Shown here: piece by piece, positions 1 to 12,565 of the stretch | Position numbering within the stretch: the stretch's first letter is position 1 | Layout of the letters: each line of letters opens with the position of its first letter | Assembly (NCBI GenBank): GCA_041941785.1 | Contig: CP145871.1 | Coordinates: 198,328-262,327, forward strand | DNA: 64,000 bases | Direction: 5' to 3' | Origin: Candidatus Dasytiphilus stammeri | GTDB taxonomy: Bacteria > Pseudomonadota > Gammaproteobacteria > Enterobacterales > Enterobacteriaceae | Program-made: the position numbers and the translations under genes | Notes under the pieces: model-generated | Told to the model about the DNA's origin: nothing | What the model saw: only the letters and a program-made list of their open reading frames with translations | Databases searched by the model: none

Positions 1-1
1 G

Positions 2-1240
2 GTACGCGATAGATTACTAAATCTTCCTATTAAAGATAAAGATTGGATAATTATTGGATCTACACCAGAAGAATTGGTAAAACAAGGATTTAAACCCGTA
101 GGAAAAGATTTCCCAGTTTTTTTACATCCCATTAGCGGGGAAGAATATGCGCTTGCTCGTACAGAAAAAAAATCTGGAAGGGGATATAGAGGATTTACCT
201 GTTATACATCGCCAGATATTACATTAGAACAAGATCTTTACAGAAGAGATCTAACTATTAATGCTATTGCATGCGATGCACAGGGAAAATATTATGATCC
301 ATTTAATGGAAGTCATGATATTTTTCATCGACGACTTCGGCATATTTCAAATGCTTTTAGTGAAGATCCATTACGAGTCTTACGAGTAGCACGTTTTGCC
401 GCCTGTTATGACTATCTTAATTTTAAGATAGCTCCGGAAACACTCACTCTCATGCGTTCTATGTCTGCCAGTGGGGATTTAAATTACTTATCCGCTGAAA
501 GAGTTTGGAAAGAGACAGAAATTTCTTTGCGTTCTCGTAATCCTATTTTATATTTTCAGATCCTTCGAGAATGTCATGCTTTATCCTCTATTTTTCCTGA
601 AATTGATACTTTGTACCAAATCAATATCAATGCCAATCCTGAAAGAAATTTGTTAGATACTAATAATAGTACTTGTCATCCTCTCTTATCATTGTCGCTG
701 GCAGTCAGAATTAGTCACCAATTGGAAGTACGTTTTGCTTCTTTATGCCATGATGTAGGACAACTGGGTGAGTTAAAAAATTCTCTTTTTTCTAATAAGA
801 GAAGTAATTCGTGCCAGTTGCCACACATATCTAACCTAGAAAAAATGCAATTAGTAGAAAAATTCTGTCAGCGTTTACGAGTTCCCAAATGTCTACGAAA
901 TTTTTCTTTACTAGCCAATAAATGGCATTTTTTAGTACATAAAATAGAGGTAGTAGAATCTAATTCTATAATTACATTATTTAATAAAATTGATGCATGG
1001 CGGAAACCTCATCGTCTTAATCAGATTGCAGCGGTAAGTCAAGCGGTAAATGACCAGGGTCAATGTCCTCCTATTTTAGAAGACTATCCACAGGTCAATT
1101 ATCTCCGCAAGATCTTTCTTTTAGCAAGTCAGGTATCTGTAAAAAAAGTGATTCAAGATGGATATCAAGGATATGAGATTCATAAAGAATTAGATCGACG
1201 ACGTTGTGAAGCTATAAAATTTTGGAAAAAATATATATAA
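2..1240 (+). CDS. cca: CCA-adding tRNA nucleotidyltransferase, 5' end outside window
   Basis: Frame 2 is open from the window edge. It reads VRDRLLNLPIKDKDWIIIGSTPEELVKQGFKPVGKDFPVFLHP...EDPLRVLRVARF...IDAWRKP, collinear with E. coli Cca from about residue 9. The TTG at 74 in the ORF track is internal. Confidence 0.9.
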   Translation, partial: VRDRLLNLPIKDKDWIIIGSTPEELVKQGFKPVGKDFPVFLHPISGEEYALARTEKKSGRGYRGFTCYTSPDITLEQDLYRRDLTINAIACDAQGKYYDPFNGSHDIFHRRLRHISNAFSEDPLRVLRVARFAACYDYLNFKIAPETLTLMRSMSASGDLNYLSAERVWKETEISLRSRNPILYFQILRECHALSSIFPEIDTLYQININANPERNLLDTNNSTCHPLLSLSLAVRISHQLEVRFASLCHDVGQLGELKNSLFSNKRSNSCQLPHISNLEKMQLVEKFCQRLRVPKCLRNFSLLANKWHFLVHKIEVVESNSIITLFNKIDAWRKPHRLNQIAAVSQAVNDQGQCPPILEDYPQVNYLRKIFLLASQVSVKKVIQDGYQGYEIHKELDRRRCEAIKFWKKYI

Positions 1241-1270
1241 CCCCTGATCTTTATAAAACGTAATATATTA

Positions 1271-2275
1271 TTAAAATAAATTATTTATTGACCACCGGGG
1301 ATACACATTAATTGTTAACTCTTTATATTGTTCACCATTTTTTAATCTTAGAAATCCTACATAAGCTATCATAGCGCCATTATCGGTACATAATTCAGGA
1401 CGAGCATAAAGTATATTTCTAGAATCAATTAACTTATTAAAACTTAATCTCAACTTCCTATTTGAACTCACACCCCCTACAATTACTAATTGATTGATTT
1501 TAGTGAACTCTAGTGCTCTTTTACTTTTAATTAATAATGAATCTATAACAGCATCTTCAAAAGCACGAGCTATATCTGCTTGTGTTTGCATATCATTATT
1601 TTCTTTTTGAACTAAATTAGCAGTATAAGTTTTTAATCCTGAAAAACTAAAATCTAGGCCAGGACGATTAATCAAAGGACGAGGAAGGGTAAAACGATCC
1701 TTTCTACCCTGATGGGCTAAATGAGATAATTTAGAGCCTCCAGGATATTCTAATCCCAATAAGTGAGCAATTTTATCAAAGGCTTCTCCTACTGCATCAT
1801 CAATTGTTTGTCCTAATAATTGATAGCTGCCTAATTTAATAACATTAACTAATAATGTATGGCTTCCGGAAATTAGTAATGATACAAAAGGAAAAATAGG
1901 ATTATTATTGTCAATAAAAGGCGTAAATATATGTCCTTCAAGATGATTTATGGGTAAGGCGGGAATGTCTAAAGCAAAAGCTAATGAACGTCCAAAACTT
2001 GCACCTACTAATAAAGATCCGGATAAACCAGGTCCGACAGTGTAAGCAATACCATTAATATCTCGTATACTTAATGTGGTCTCTTTTAAGAGAGACTTAA
2101 TTAATGGAACAATTTTTTTAATATGATTCCTAGCCGCTAATTCAGGAACTACACCGCCATAATTTGCATGCAGTAACATTTGGCTATAAACTTTATTAAT
2201 TAATAAACCGTATTTTTCATCATAAATGGATAATCCAGTTTCATCACAGGATGTTTCAATTCCTAGGACACGCAC
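1271..2275 (-). CDS. tsaD: tRNA N6-adenosine threonylcarbamoyltransferase TsaD (YgjD/Gcp)
   Basis: [20 protein letters not shown]...[16 protein letters not shown] matches the E. coli TsaD N-terminus almost residue for residue. It is divergent from rpsU as in E. coli. Confidence 0.95.
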   Translation of the reverse strand: MRVLGIETSCDETGLSIYDEKYGLLINKVYSQMLLHANYGGVVPELAARNHIKKIVPLIKSLLKETTLSIRDINGIAYTVGPGLSGSLLVGASFGRSLAFALDIPALPINHLEGHIFTPFIDNNNPIFPFVSLLISGSHTLLVNVIKLGSYQLLGQTIDDAVGEAFDKIAHLLGLEYPGGSKLSHLAHQGRKDRFTLPRPLINRPGLDFSFSGLKTYTANLVQKENNDMQTQADIARAFEDAVIDSLLIKSKRALEFTKINQLVIVGGVSSNRKLRLSFNKLIDSRNILYARPELCTDNGAMIAYVGFLRLKNGEQYKELTINVYPRWSINNLF

Positions 2276-2373
2276 AATAATATTGTTACTCCACGAAGCT
2301 TAACTTTACACTTTACATTTCAGGATTTTTTAAGTATAATCATGATTATAGTTCTATGATTTAGGTAGTTAAT

Positions 2374-2586
2374 ATGCCCATTATAATAGTTCGCGATAAT
2401 GAACCATTCGATGTATCGCTTAGACGTTTCAAACGTTCATGCGAAAAAGCCGGAATCTTGGCCGAAGTCCGACGAAGAGAGTTTTATGAAAAACCTACTA
2501 CTCAACGAAAACGTGAAAAAGCATCTGCCATTAAACGACTGGCTAAGAAATTATCCCGGCAACAATCACGACGTATACATAAGTAA
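2374..2586 (+). CDS. rpsU: 30S ribosomal protein S21
   Basis: A 70-aa basic protein, [42 protein letters not shown]. It is the first gene of the rpsU-dnaG-rpoD operon. Confidence 0.95.
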   Translation: MPIIIVRDNEPFDVSLRRFKRSCEKAGILAEVRRREFYEKPTTQRKREKASAIKRLAKKLSRQQSRRIHK

Positions 2587-2667
2587 AATTAAAATTATAA
2601 TTATTTATATAGAGTTTATCAATAAAAATTAAATCCTAATATTTTTATGAGAGAAGATTAATTCTGA

Positions 2668-4439
2668 ATGAAGAGTCAGTCAATAGGGAGACATATTCCA
2701 TATACATTCATTAAAAATTTAATAACTCATATAGATATAGTAGAACTAATCAAATCTAATTTACCTTTAAAAAAAATAGGAAAAAATTATCGTTCCTGTT
2801 GTCCTTTTCACAATGATCAACATCCTTCTTTCACAGTGAGTAGAGAAAAACAATTATTTTATTGTTTTGGATGTGGCAAGCATGGAAATGTCATTGATTT
2901 TATAATGAATTGGCAAAATTTAAATTTTGTGGAAAGCATTGAAGAATTATCCGCTATGTATGGTTTTAAAATTCCATACGAATCTAGTAATGTTTTATCT
3001 ATTCTTATAATTCAGCGTAGAGAATATTTATTTAACATAATGAAAATAGTATGTAATTTATATCAAAAATATTTATGGGATAAAACTATAAATGCCTTAC
3101 AGGCTAGAGAATATTTAGCTCATAGAGGAATAAATTCTAAAATAATTAAAGAATTTGCTTTAGGTTTTGCTCCCGGTAGAGGAAGTACAGTGAAAGAATA
3201 TTTTGACTATTATTATCCTCAGGATCGAAAGTTATTAAAAGAAATAGGCATATTAGGATTTTATCAGGAAGAAACAAATGATTTTTTTAAAAATCGTATC
3301 ATGTTTCCAATTCGGGATAAAAGAGGTAGAGTTATGGGTTTTGGAGGACGAATTCTGAACTCATCCCATCCTAAGTATTTAAATTCCCCTACTACAAATA
3401 TTTTTAATAAAGGACATCAACTATATGGTCTCTATGAACTACATAAAAAATGTACTAGACCTTTTAAAGTGTTAGTGGTAGAAGGTTATATGGATGTTAT
3501 TTCTTTAGTACAGAATGGAATTGATTATACGGTTTCTTCCTTAGGGACAAGTACATCAATAGATCATATTCAACTTTTATTCCGTAATACTGATAATGTT
3601 ATTTATTGTTATGATGGAGATGATGCGGGTCGTCAAGCAGCTTGGAAAGTACTTAATAAATCCTTAATATATATGTTAGACGGAAGACAATTAAGTTTTA
3701 TGTTTTTACCTGAAGGAGAAGATCCGGATAGTTTAATCCGGAAAGAAGGAAAAATTCTTTTTGAAAAAAGAATATTATGTGCTCTATCTCTATCCGAATT
3801 TATGTTAAAAACTTTCTTAAAACAGGTAGATATTTCTAGCCCTGAAGGAAAAGCTAAACTTCTTACTCTAATAAGACCCTTAATTAATAAGATTCCTAGT
3901 AAAATACTACGTCTTTCTATACGATATACATTATTTCAAAAATTAGGTCTATTAGATTATAGAATATTAAAATTATTATCTCTTCAGAGAGTACCAGTTA
4001 TGAACTCTCTTCGTAGCTTCTATGTCAAAAAAAAAGAAGTAAGATGCGAGTGTTACTCAGTTTATTAGTGCAAAATCCTCATTTTTCATTATTAGTACCA
4101 GAGTTAACCGGGTTAAAGCAGTTAAAACTGAAGGGCTGGAATATTTTTTTAGAATTAGTAGTAAAATGTAAAGCTTATCCGAAAATAAAGACAGGATATT
4201 TACTAGAACAATATAGAGATACAAATTTAATAAAAACTCTTGAAATATTAGCACATTGGAACCACATGATTGATGATGCTCATTTAGAAAAAACGTTTCA
4301 GGATTTACTTACTAGTATATATGAATTAGTTTTAGAACAACGTCAAGAAAGACTTATTGCTTTAGAACGAACTCAAGGGTTGAGTATTGAAGACAAACAT
4401 GAGTTATGGTATTTAAACCAAGCATTAGCAAAAAAATAA
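2668..4439 (+). CDS. dnaG: DNA primase DnaG, reading frame interrupted by a -1 frameshift in an A9 tract (4027-4035)
   Basis: ORF 2668-4068 carries the zinc finger (CCPFHNDQHPSF...CFGCGKHG) and TOPRIM (EGYMDVISL...DGDDAGRQAA). ORF 4044-4439 carries the DnaB-binding C-terminus (LLVQNP...HELWYLNQALAKK). Adding one A to the tract joins the frames. Confidence 0.85.
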
Positions 4440-4611
4440 ATATTAAAAATTTCAGAAGTTTATTGTTTGTTATAGGGAGGCTAAGATGAGATATTATTTT
4501 CTGTAGGAACAAAGGTAAAAATATTTTTTTTATAAAAAAAAGTGATCATTTATCAGTAATATCTTTTTTTTATAGTCACATTTCACTTAACTTTATTATG
4601 GGTATCGTCTT

Positions 4612-6432
4612 ATGGATCAAAATTCGCAGTCACAGATAAAGATTCTTGTGAATCTCGGGAGAGAACAAGGATATTTAACATATGCTGAAGTCAATGACTA
4701 TCTTCTGCAGGAGATTGTAAATGTAGATCAGGTTATAGATGCAGTTAAAATAATCAATGATATGGGTATTCCGGTTATGGAAGAAACCCCTGATGCAGAT
4801 GATCAAATACTGAATTCGGGTACATCAAGGCAAGAAGATGCAGAGGATAACCACCCTACCGACTTAATAATGTCGGGTGGAGGGATGGAAGGTCGTACTA
4901 CCGATCCAGTTCGCATGTATATGCGAGAAATGGGGAATGTAGAATTATTAACACGGCAAGGAGAAGTAGATCTCGCTAAACGTATTGAAGATGGTCTAAA
5001 TCAAGTACAATCTTCAGTAGCTGACTACCCTGGAGCTAGTTCATACATTCTTGACCAATACCATGATCTGAATAGTAGTGGTATTCGTCTTAGTGATTTA
5101 ATTATAGGTTTTGGCAATCCGAAAGCTGGTGAAATAGTAAAATACCATGCAAATATTAGGATTACTACGGATGACTTATCCTCTGAAGAACAAGGGAAAG
5201 AAGATTCCGATAATGAAAATCATATTGACCCCGTAGTGGCATGTAAAAAATTTACCTCCTTAAGGAATCAGTATGAAAAAACTTGCGCTATTATTAATAG
5301 TAAGGGGCGAGATCATCATGATACTGTTCAAGAACTAAAATATCTTTCCCAAATATTTAGGCAATTTAGGTTAATGCCTAAAGTATTTAATAAATTAGTA
5401 GAAAATATGCGCTCCATGATGGAACGATTACGGTTCCAAGAACGGAAAATTATGAAACTTTGTGTAGATCAATGTCATATGCCTAAGAAAATTTTTATTT
5501 CCTTATTTACTGGTAATGAAAGTAATGAAAATTGGTTAAAAAATGCATTGTTAAGAAAGGATCCATGGTCAAAAAATTTACATAAAGTAGTTGGTGAAAT
5601 AGTAAAAAGTCTACGAATTTTAGTAACAATTGAAGAAGAAACAGGTTTAAGTATTGAAAAGATAAAAGAGATCAATCGGAGAATGACTATTGGTGAAGCA
5701 AAAGCCGGAAGAGCAAAGAAAGAAATGATAGAAGCTAATTTGCGTCTAGTAATTTCAATAGCTAAAAAATATACCAATAGAGGACTCCAATTTTTAGATC
5801 TTATTCAGGAAGGCAATATTGGTTTAATGAAAGCAGTAGATAAATTTGAGTATCGACGGGGATATAAATTTTCAACTTATGCTACATGGTGGATTCGACA
5901 AGCTATAACCAGATCTATAGCAGATCAAGCTCGTACTATACGGATTCCAGTACATATGATTGAGACTATCAATAAATTAAATAGAATGTCGCGGAAGATT
6001 TTACAGGAAATAGGTCGAGACCCTACATCGGAAGAATTATCCGATCGAATGTTAATTTCAGAAGATAAAATTCGTAAGGTTTTAAAAATTGCAAAAGAAC
6101 CTATTTCAATGGAAACACCGATTGGTGATGAGCATGATTCTCATTTAGGAGATTTTATTGAAGATACTAATATTAAAATGCCGTTGGAGAGTGCTACATC
6201 GGACAGCTTACGAGATGCTACTCATTACATTTTAGGGGATTTAACATTCCGAGAAGCTAAAGTATTACGGATGCGTTTTGGAATTGATATGAATACAGAA
6301 CATACTTTAGAAGAAGTAGGTAAACAGTTTGATGTTACACGAGAACGTATTCGACAAATAGAGGCAAAAGCATTACGTAAATTGCGTCATCCCAGTAGGG
6401 CAGATGTTCTACGAAGTTTTCTGGATGATTAA
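4612..6432 (+). CDS. rpoD: RNA polymerase sigma-70 factor RpoD
   Basis: 606 aa with conserved regions 2 to 4 ([58 protein letters not shown]; [30 protein letters not shown]). Confidence 0.97.
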   Translation: MDQNSQSQIKILVNLGREQGYLTYAEVNDYLLQEIVNVDQVIDAVKIINDMGIPVMEETPDADDQILNSGTSRQEDAEDNHPTDLIMSGGGMEGRTTDPVRMYMREMGNVELLTRQGEVDLAKRIEDGLNQVQSSVADYPGASSYILDQYHDLNSSGIRLSDLIIGFGNPKAGEIVKYHANIRITTDDLSSEEQGKEDSDNENHIDPVVACKKFTSLRNQYEKTCAIINSKGRDHHDTVQELKYLSQIFRQFRLMPKVFNKLVENMRSMMERLRFQERKIMKLCVDQCHMPKKIFISLFTGNESNENWLKNALLRKDPWSKNLHKVVGEIVKSLRILVTIEEETGLSIEKIKEINRRMTIGEAKAGRAKKEMIEANLRLVISIAKKYTNRGLQFLDLIQEGNIGLMKAVDKFEYRRGYKFSTYATWWIRQAITRSIADQARTIRIPVHMIETINKLNRMSRKILQEIGRDPTSEELSDRMLISEDKIRKVLKIAKEPISMETPIGDEHDSHLGDFIEDTNIKMPLESATSDSLRDATHYILGDLTFREAKVLRMRFGIDMNTEHTLEEVGKQFDVTRERIRQIEAKALRKLRHPSRADVLRSFLDD

Positions 6433-6468
6433 TTCATCTTAAAATAGAGAGAATATTTCTAATCCTCA

Positions 6469-6541
6469 GGCCCTTTAGCTCAGAGGTAAGAGCAGGCGAC
6501 TCATAATCGCTTGGTCGCAGGTTCAAATCCTGCAAGGGCCA
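6469..6541 (+). tRNA. ileX: tRNA-Ile2 (anticodon CAU, ileX-like; formally could be tRNA-Met); no encoded CCA
   Basis: A 73-nt cloverleaf folded by hand: acceptor GGCCCTT/AAGGGCC, anticodon loop CTCATAA, T-arm GCAGG-TTCAAAT-CCTGC. It is near-identical to E. coli ileX and in the same position downstream of rpoD. The discriminator A is followed by TCA, not CCA. Confidence 0.85.
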
Positions 6542-6664
6542 TCATAGATAAATATGATATGTTTATTTTAGTTTTCTTTTTTCTCAGAGATAAGCTAATT
6601 TTAGCTATCGTATACTGTTGTATACGACATTAAATTAAAATAGGGAATAAATTCGTTTTCGTTA

Positions 6665-6751
6665 TGGTACCGAAGGCCGGATTTGAACCGGCACGCTATT
6701 ATCAGCGGTTGATTTTGAGTCAACTGCGTCTACCTATTTCGCCACTTCGGC
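6665..6751 (-). tRNA. leuX: tRNA-Leu (anticodon CAA), type II with long variable arm, CCA encoded
   Basis: The reverse complement reads GCCGAAGTGGCGAAATAGGTAGACGCAGTTGACTCAAAATCAACCGCTGATAATAGCGTGCCGGTTCAAATCCGGCCTTCGGTACCA, which closely resembles E. coli leuX. Confidence 0.9.
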
Positions 6752-6890
6752 CTATATTAAGAAAATTCAATCCTAGATAAATTTCTCTCAGGGATTTAGT
6801 TAATGTTAGTAGATCTAATTTTCTAATATTAGGGGAATAATATAATATTAATTAGTAATTCAGTTTCTAATTATTAGGAGAAATTAATAC

Positions 6891-8411
6891 ATGGAATTTA
6901 GAGTCCAAAATCAGCATTTAGAACCAGATTATACTGATTGTATTATTAGCGCAGTATTCGAAAATTGTCAATTATCTTCTAGTGCAGAATATGTTGATAG
7001 AATTAGTAAAGGATATATTAGGTCTTTACTAAAAATGAGAGATATCCAAGGGAAAATTGGACAATATTTGTTATTATACCATGTTCCTCAAGTGAGAGCT
7101 GATCGATTATTACTTATTGGATGTGGAAAAGAATCTGATCTTGATGACTATCAGTATCAACAAATCATCAAAAATTCTATTGGAATTATTAAGGAAAGTA
7201 ATTGTAAGGAAGTTTTCTGTTATCTTTTCGAAATTAATATAAAAGATAGAAGTATATATTGGAAAATACGTCGTCTGATTGAAGAAACAGAAAAAAGTTT
7301 ATATAATTTTGATCATTTCAAATCTAATATCAACAAAAAAAGTTTTTATCTTAACAAGATAATCTTGAACATGCCTCCAGAACATAATGAGATGGCAAAA
7401 CTAGCAATTAAACACGGGCAATCTATAGCTAGGGCAGTAAAAATAACTAAAGATCTTAGTAATCTGCCTCCTAATGTATGCAATACATCATATCTAGCTA
7501 ATCAAATTAAATGTTTAGCTAATAGCTATAATAACATTGATGTAAAATTTATTAATGAATTAGAAATGAAAAAATTAGGAATGAATGCTTATCTAGCAGT
7601 AGGTCAAGCTTCAAAAAATGAATCTATAATGTCAATAATAGAATATAAAGGTTGTGCAAATAACTCATCTCCTATTGCCTTAGTAGGTAAGGGAGTAACT
7701 TTCGACTCGGGGGGATTATCGCTTAAACCATCAAGTTCAATGGAAGATATGAAATATGATATGTGTGGAGCAGCTGCGGTATACGGCGTTCTTCAGGCAG
7801 TAGCATCTTTAGATCTTCCTCTCAATATAATTGGTATTATTGCGGGATGCGAAAATATGCCTGGAGGACATGCTTTTCGTCCTGGAGACGTAATAACTAC
7901 TATGTCAGGAATAACAGTAGAAATTTTAAATACTGATGCGGAAGGAAGATTAATATTATGTGATGTCTTAACATATGTAGAAAAATTTAAACCCAAAGTA
8001 GTGATTGACATTGCTACTTTAACTGGAGCTTGTGTGGTGGCACTTGGAACTCATATAACAGGTTTAATATCCAATAATAATGTCTTAGCAAAAGATTTAT
8101 TATCTGCCTCAGAACAATCCGGCGATCATGTATGGCAACTTCCTCTAAAAGAGGAATATAAAAATCAACTAATTTCTAATTGTGCAGATCTAGCAAATGT
8201 AGGTGGATCTAGTGCCGGAGCGATTACAGCTGCTTATTTTTTATCTCAATTTACTCAAAACTATCCCTGGGCTCATCTGGATATTGCAGGTACCGCGTGG
8301 AAAAATGATAATATCGTCGCCGACTGCTCTAGTAGAAGAGGAATTAGCGCTACAGGAAGACCAGTAGAACTACTTGTACAGTACTTATTAAATTACGTTC
8401 TCAAAATATAA
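6891..8411 (+). CDS. pepA: Leucyl aminopeptidase (aminopeptidase A)
   Basis: 506 aa with the M17 signature NTDAEGRLILCD and VGKGVTFDSGGLSLKP. It sits upstream of valS as in E. coli. Confidence 0.95.
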   Translation: MEFRVQNQHLEPDYTDCIISAVFENCQLSSSAEYVDRISKGYIRSLLKMRDIQGKIGQYLLLYHVPQVRADRLLLIGCGKESDLDDYQYQQIIKNSIGIIKESNCKEVFCYLFEINIKDRSIYWKIRRLIEETEKSLYNFDHFKSNINKKSFYLNKIILNMPPEHNEMAKLAIKHGQSIARAVKITKDLSNLPPNVCNTSYLANQIKCLANSYNNIDVKFINELEMKKLGMNAYLAVGQASKNESIMSIIEYKGCANNSSPIALVGKGVTFDSGGLSLKPSSSMEDMKYDMCGAAAVYGVLQAVASLDLPLNIIGIIAGCENMPGGHAFRPGDVITTMSGITVEILNTDAEGRLILCDVLTYVEKFKPKVVIDIATLTGACVVALGTHITGLISNNNVLAKDLLSASEQSGDHVWQLPLKEEYKNQLISNCADLANVGGSSAGAITAAYFLSQFTQNYPWAHLDIAGTAWKNDNIVADCSSRRGISATGRPVELLVQYLLNYVLKI

Positions 8412-8480
8412 AGAGAAAACCGATTAATATTATATTAATAAAAATCCTGAATTACTTCAATAGAAGCGTAAGTCGTCAGC

Positions 8481-11342
8481 ATGAAGAACAAATATTGTCC
8501 CTCTGATATAGAAGGTCCTATATATGAAAAATGGGAAAAACTAGATTGTTTTAAAAAACAGGATACAGATAATCAGGAAAGTTTTTGCATTATGTTACCT
8601 CCTCCAAATATTACTGGTCACTTACATATGGGACATGCTTTTCAACACTCTCTTATAGATACTCTTATTCGTTATCATCGAATGCAAGGAAAAAATACTT
8701 TATGGCAAGTAGGTACTGACCATGCCGGAATTGCTACCCAAATTATTATAGAACAAAATATATTATTAGCCACGGGTAAAAATATAAAAGATTTTAAACG
8801 AAGAGAATTAATAGAGCAGGTTTTGCCATGGAAAAATTCGTTAAATCAACAAATCTTTCAGCAGATGCGGCGATTAGGATGTTCCGCCGATTGGTCCCGA
8901 TCACGTTTTACGATGGATGAAGGTTTTACTAGAGCCGTTAACGAAGGTTTTGTGAAATTATATAAAGATGGTTTAATTTATCGGGGTAAGCGATTAGTTA
9001 ACTGGGATCCAATATTAGAAACAGCAATTTCGGATCTTGAAGTAGAACACATAAAATCTCAAGGATTTATATGGTATATACGATATCCATTAGCAGATGG
9101 AGTGAAAACTTCGGAAGAAAAAGAGTATATGGTAATAGCTACTACAAGACCAGAAACCTTATTAGGTGATACCGGAATAGTAATTAATCCTCTGGATGAA
9201 AGATATAACAAATTAATAGGAAAATTTGTTCTTTTACCTTTTTGTCATCGGCGTCTTCCAATAGTTGCTGATAAAACTATTGATATATCTAAGGGTACGG
9301 GATGTATGAAACTTACTCCGGCTCATGACTTTAAAGATTATGAAATAGCACAAAAATATAAATTACCACTGATAAATATTTTCAATTTAGATGCTACAAT
9401 TCGTACATCTGCTCAAGTATTTAATTATCAAGGTGCCATGAATAATACTTTAAGTACACAAATACCCAAAGAATTTCATGGTTTATCCCGTAAAGAGGCG
9501 AGAAAAAAAATTATCTCCTGTCTGAAAAATATAGGTCTATTGGAAAAAAAAGAATCATATGAATTGGTTCTTCCTTCGGGAGAAAAAAGTAGAGCAATAA
9601 TTGAACCTATGTTAACTGATCAATGGTATCTACGGACTAGAGATCTGGCTCAAACAGCTATAGAGGCTGTAAGAAAAAAAAAAATTCATTTTATTCCCCA
9701 GCAATATGAAAATATGTATTTTTCCTGGATGTCAAAGATTCAGGATTGGTGTTTATCACGTCAGTTATGGTGGGGACATCGAATACCGGCTTGGTATGAT
9801 GAAACAGGTAAAATTTACGTAGGTAGAAATGAACAAGAAGTACGAAGAGCAAATAATCTTCATTCTAAGATCTTCTTAACACAAGATGAGGATGTTTTAG
9901 ATACCTGGTTTTCATCTGGGTTATGGACTTTTGGTACCTTAGGATGGCCCGAAAAAACTGATTTCTTACGACTGTATCATCCGACTAGTGTTCTAGTGAG
10001 TGGTTTCGATATTATTTTTTTTTGGATAGCTCGCATGATCATGCTTTCTATGTATTTTATTAAAGATAAAAATGGCGAGGGTCAGATTCCATTTAAAACA
10101 GTTTATATTACAGGTTTAATTAAGGATGAACAAGGCAATAAAATGTCTAAATCTAAAGGTAATGTAATTGATCCTCTAGATATAATAGATGGAATATCAT
10201 TAGAAGAACTATTAACCAAACGTACTGATCACATGCTGCAACCAAAAATGGCTAATAATATTAAACTACGGACGAAAAAACAATTTCCACAGGGCATCAA
10301 ATCTCATGGTGCCGATGCGCTACGTTTTACTTTAACTTCCTTATCTTGTCCTTCTCGCAATATTAATTTTGATCTAAAACGGTTAGAAGGATATCGAAAT
10401 TTTTGTAATAAATTATGGAATGCAGGTAGATTTGTTCTGCAGAATACGGAACAATCTATTTTCAGATCTGATTTTCATCAAAACAAAAGAACATTAGCAG
10501 ATCGGTGGATTTCAGCGGAATTTAATCGCACAGTTAAAATATATCGTAATGCTCTTGATAATTATCGTTTAGATTTAGCATCTAACGTTCTTTATGAATT
10601 TACTTGGAATAAATTTTGTGATTGGTATTTAGAAATCACAAAAATAGTATTAAAAAGTAATTGTAAATCAAGAAAATGTATATCACGTTATACTTTAATA
10701 AAAGTATTTGAATCATTATTACGCCTAGCTCATCCTATTATACCTTTTATTACTGAATATATTTGGTTACGGCTTAATAAATTAACAAAAAATAATGAAT
10801 CTATTATGATACAGGCAATTCCATTGTATCAATCTTCAGAAGAAGATAATTCTTCCATAAATGATATGGAATTAATAAAAGAAGTTATCGTATATATACG
10901 TAATATTCGTACTCAAATGAATATTAGCGTTACTCATCAAATTGATTTATTGATACGCCTCTGTAATAGCACTAGTGTAAATTATAATATTATCCACGAA
11001 AATTTTGAATTATTACAAAGTCTTGCAAAAGTCAAAAACATGACTATAGTCAGTAATAATGATTATCTACCGATGATTCGAACAACCAAATTAATTGCAG
11101 ACATGGAAATTCATATTCCATTATCGGAGGTGATATCTCAGAAGATGGAATATAAGAGATTGGATAACCTACTTACTAAATTAGTAGAAAGAATCCAGGT
11201 TCTGGAAATACGTTTATCCGATAAAAATTTTTTATCTTATGCTCCAAAAGAAGTAGTATTAAAAACGGTGGAACAGCTCAGAATATTAAGAGATAAAAAG
11301 AAAATACTATTAATTAAACAGAGTATGTTTAAAACTCCTTGA
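8481..11342 (+). CDS. valS: Valine--tRNA ligase
   Basis: 953 aa with class I motifs PPPNITGHLHMGH (HIGH) and KMSKSKGN (KMSKS), plus a C-terminal coiled coil. Confidence 0.97.
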   Translation: MKNKYCPSDIEGPIYEKWEKLDCFKKQDTDNQESFCIMLPPPNITGHLHMGHAFQHSLIDTLIRYHRMQGKNTLWQVGTDHAGIATQIIIEQNILLATGKNIKDFKRRELIEQVLPWKNSLNQQIFQQMRRLGCSADWSRSRFTMDEGFTRAVNEGFVKLYKDGLIYRGKRLVNWDPILETAISDLEVEHIKSQGFIWYIRYPLADGVKTSEEKEYMVIATTRPETLLGDTGIVINPLDERYNKLIGKFVLLPFCHRRLPIVADKTIDISKGTGCMKLTPAHDFKDYEIAQKYKLPLINIFNLDATIRTSAQVFNYQGAMNNTLSTQIPKEFHGLSRKEARKKIISCLKNIGLLEKKESYELVLPSGEKSRAIIEPMLTDQWYLRTRDLAQTAIEAVRKKKIHFIPQQYENMYFSWMSKIQDWCLSRQLWWGHRIPAWYDETGKIYVGRNEQEVRRANNLHSKIFLTQDEDVLDTWFSSGLWTFGTLGWPEKTDFLRLYHPTSVLVSGFDIIFFWIARMIMLSMYFIKDKNGEGQIPFKTVYITGLIKDEQGNKMSKSKGNVIDPLDIIDGISLEELLTKRTDHMLQPKMANNIKLRTKKQFPQGIKSHGADALRFTLTSLSCPSRNINFDLKRLEGYRNFCNKLWNAGRFVLQNTEQSIFRSDFHQNKRTLADRWISAEFNRTVKIYRNALDNYRLDLASNVLYEFTWNKFCDWYLEITKIVLKSNCKSRKCISRYTLIKVFESLLRLAHPIIPFITEYIWLRLNKLTKNNESIMIQAIPLYQSSEEDNSSINDMELIKEVIVYIRNIRTQMNISVTHQIDLLIRLCNSTSVNYNIIHENFELLQSLAKVKNMTIVSNNDYLPMIRTTKLIADMEIHIPLSEVISQKMEYKRLDNLLTKLVERIQVLEIRLSDKNFLSYAPKEVVLKTVEQLRILRDKKKILLIKQSMFKTP

Positions 11343-11389
11343 GTTAATAAAATAAAATTTAGGGAGGAATTATATCACTTAGACCTGAT

Positions 11390-12424
<1,035 letters not shown>

Positions 12425-12565
12425 TTAGTAATGAAATTATGCATTAATCAAAAATAGTATGGATTTATACTATCCTATTGATTTTAAATCATTATGTATG
12501 GAAGACATTGTGCATAAATATGATAGAAATTATTTTTGATTAAAATAATATTTGGGAGCAAACTC

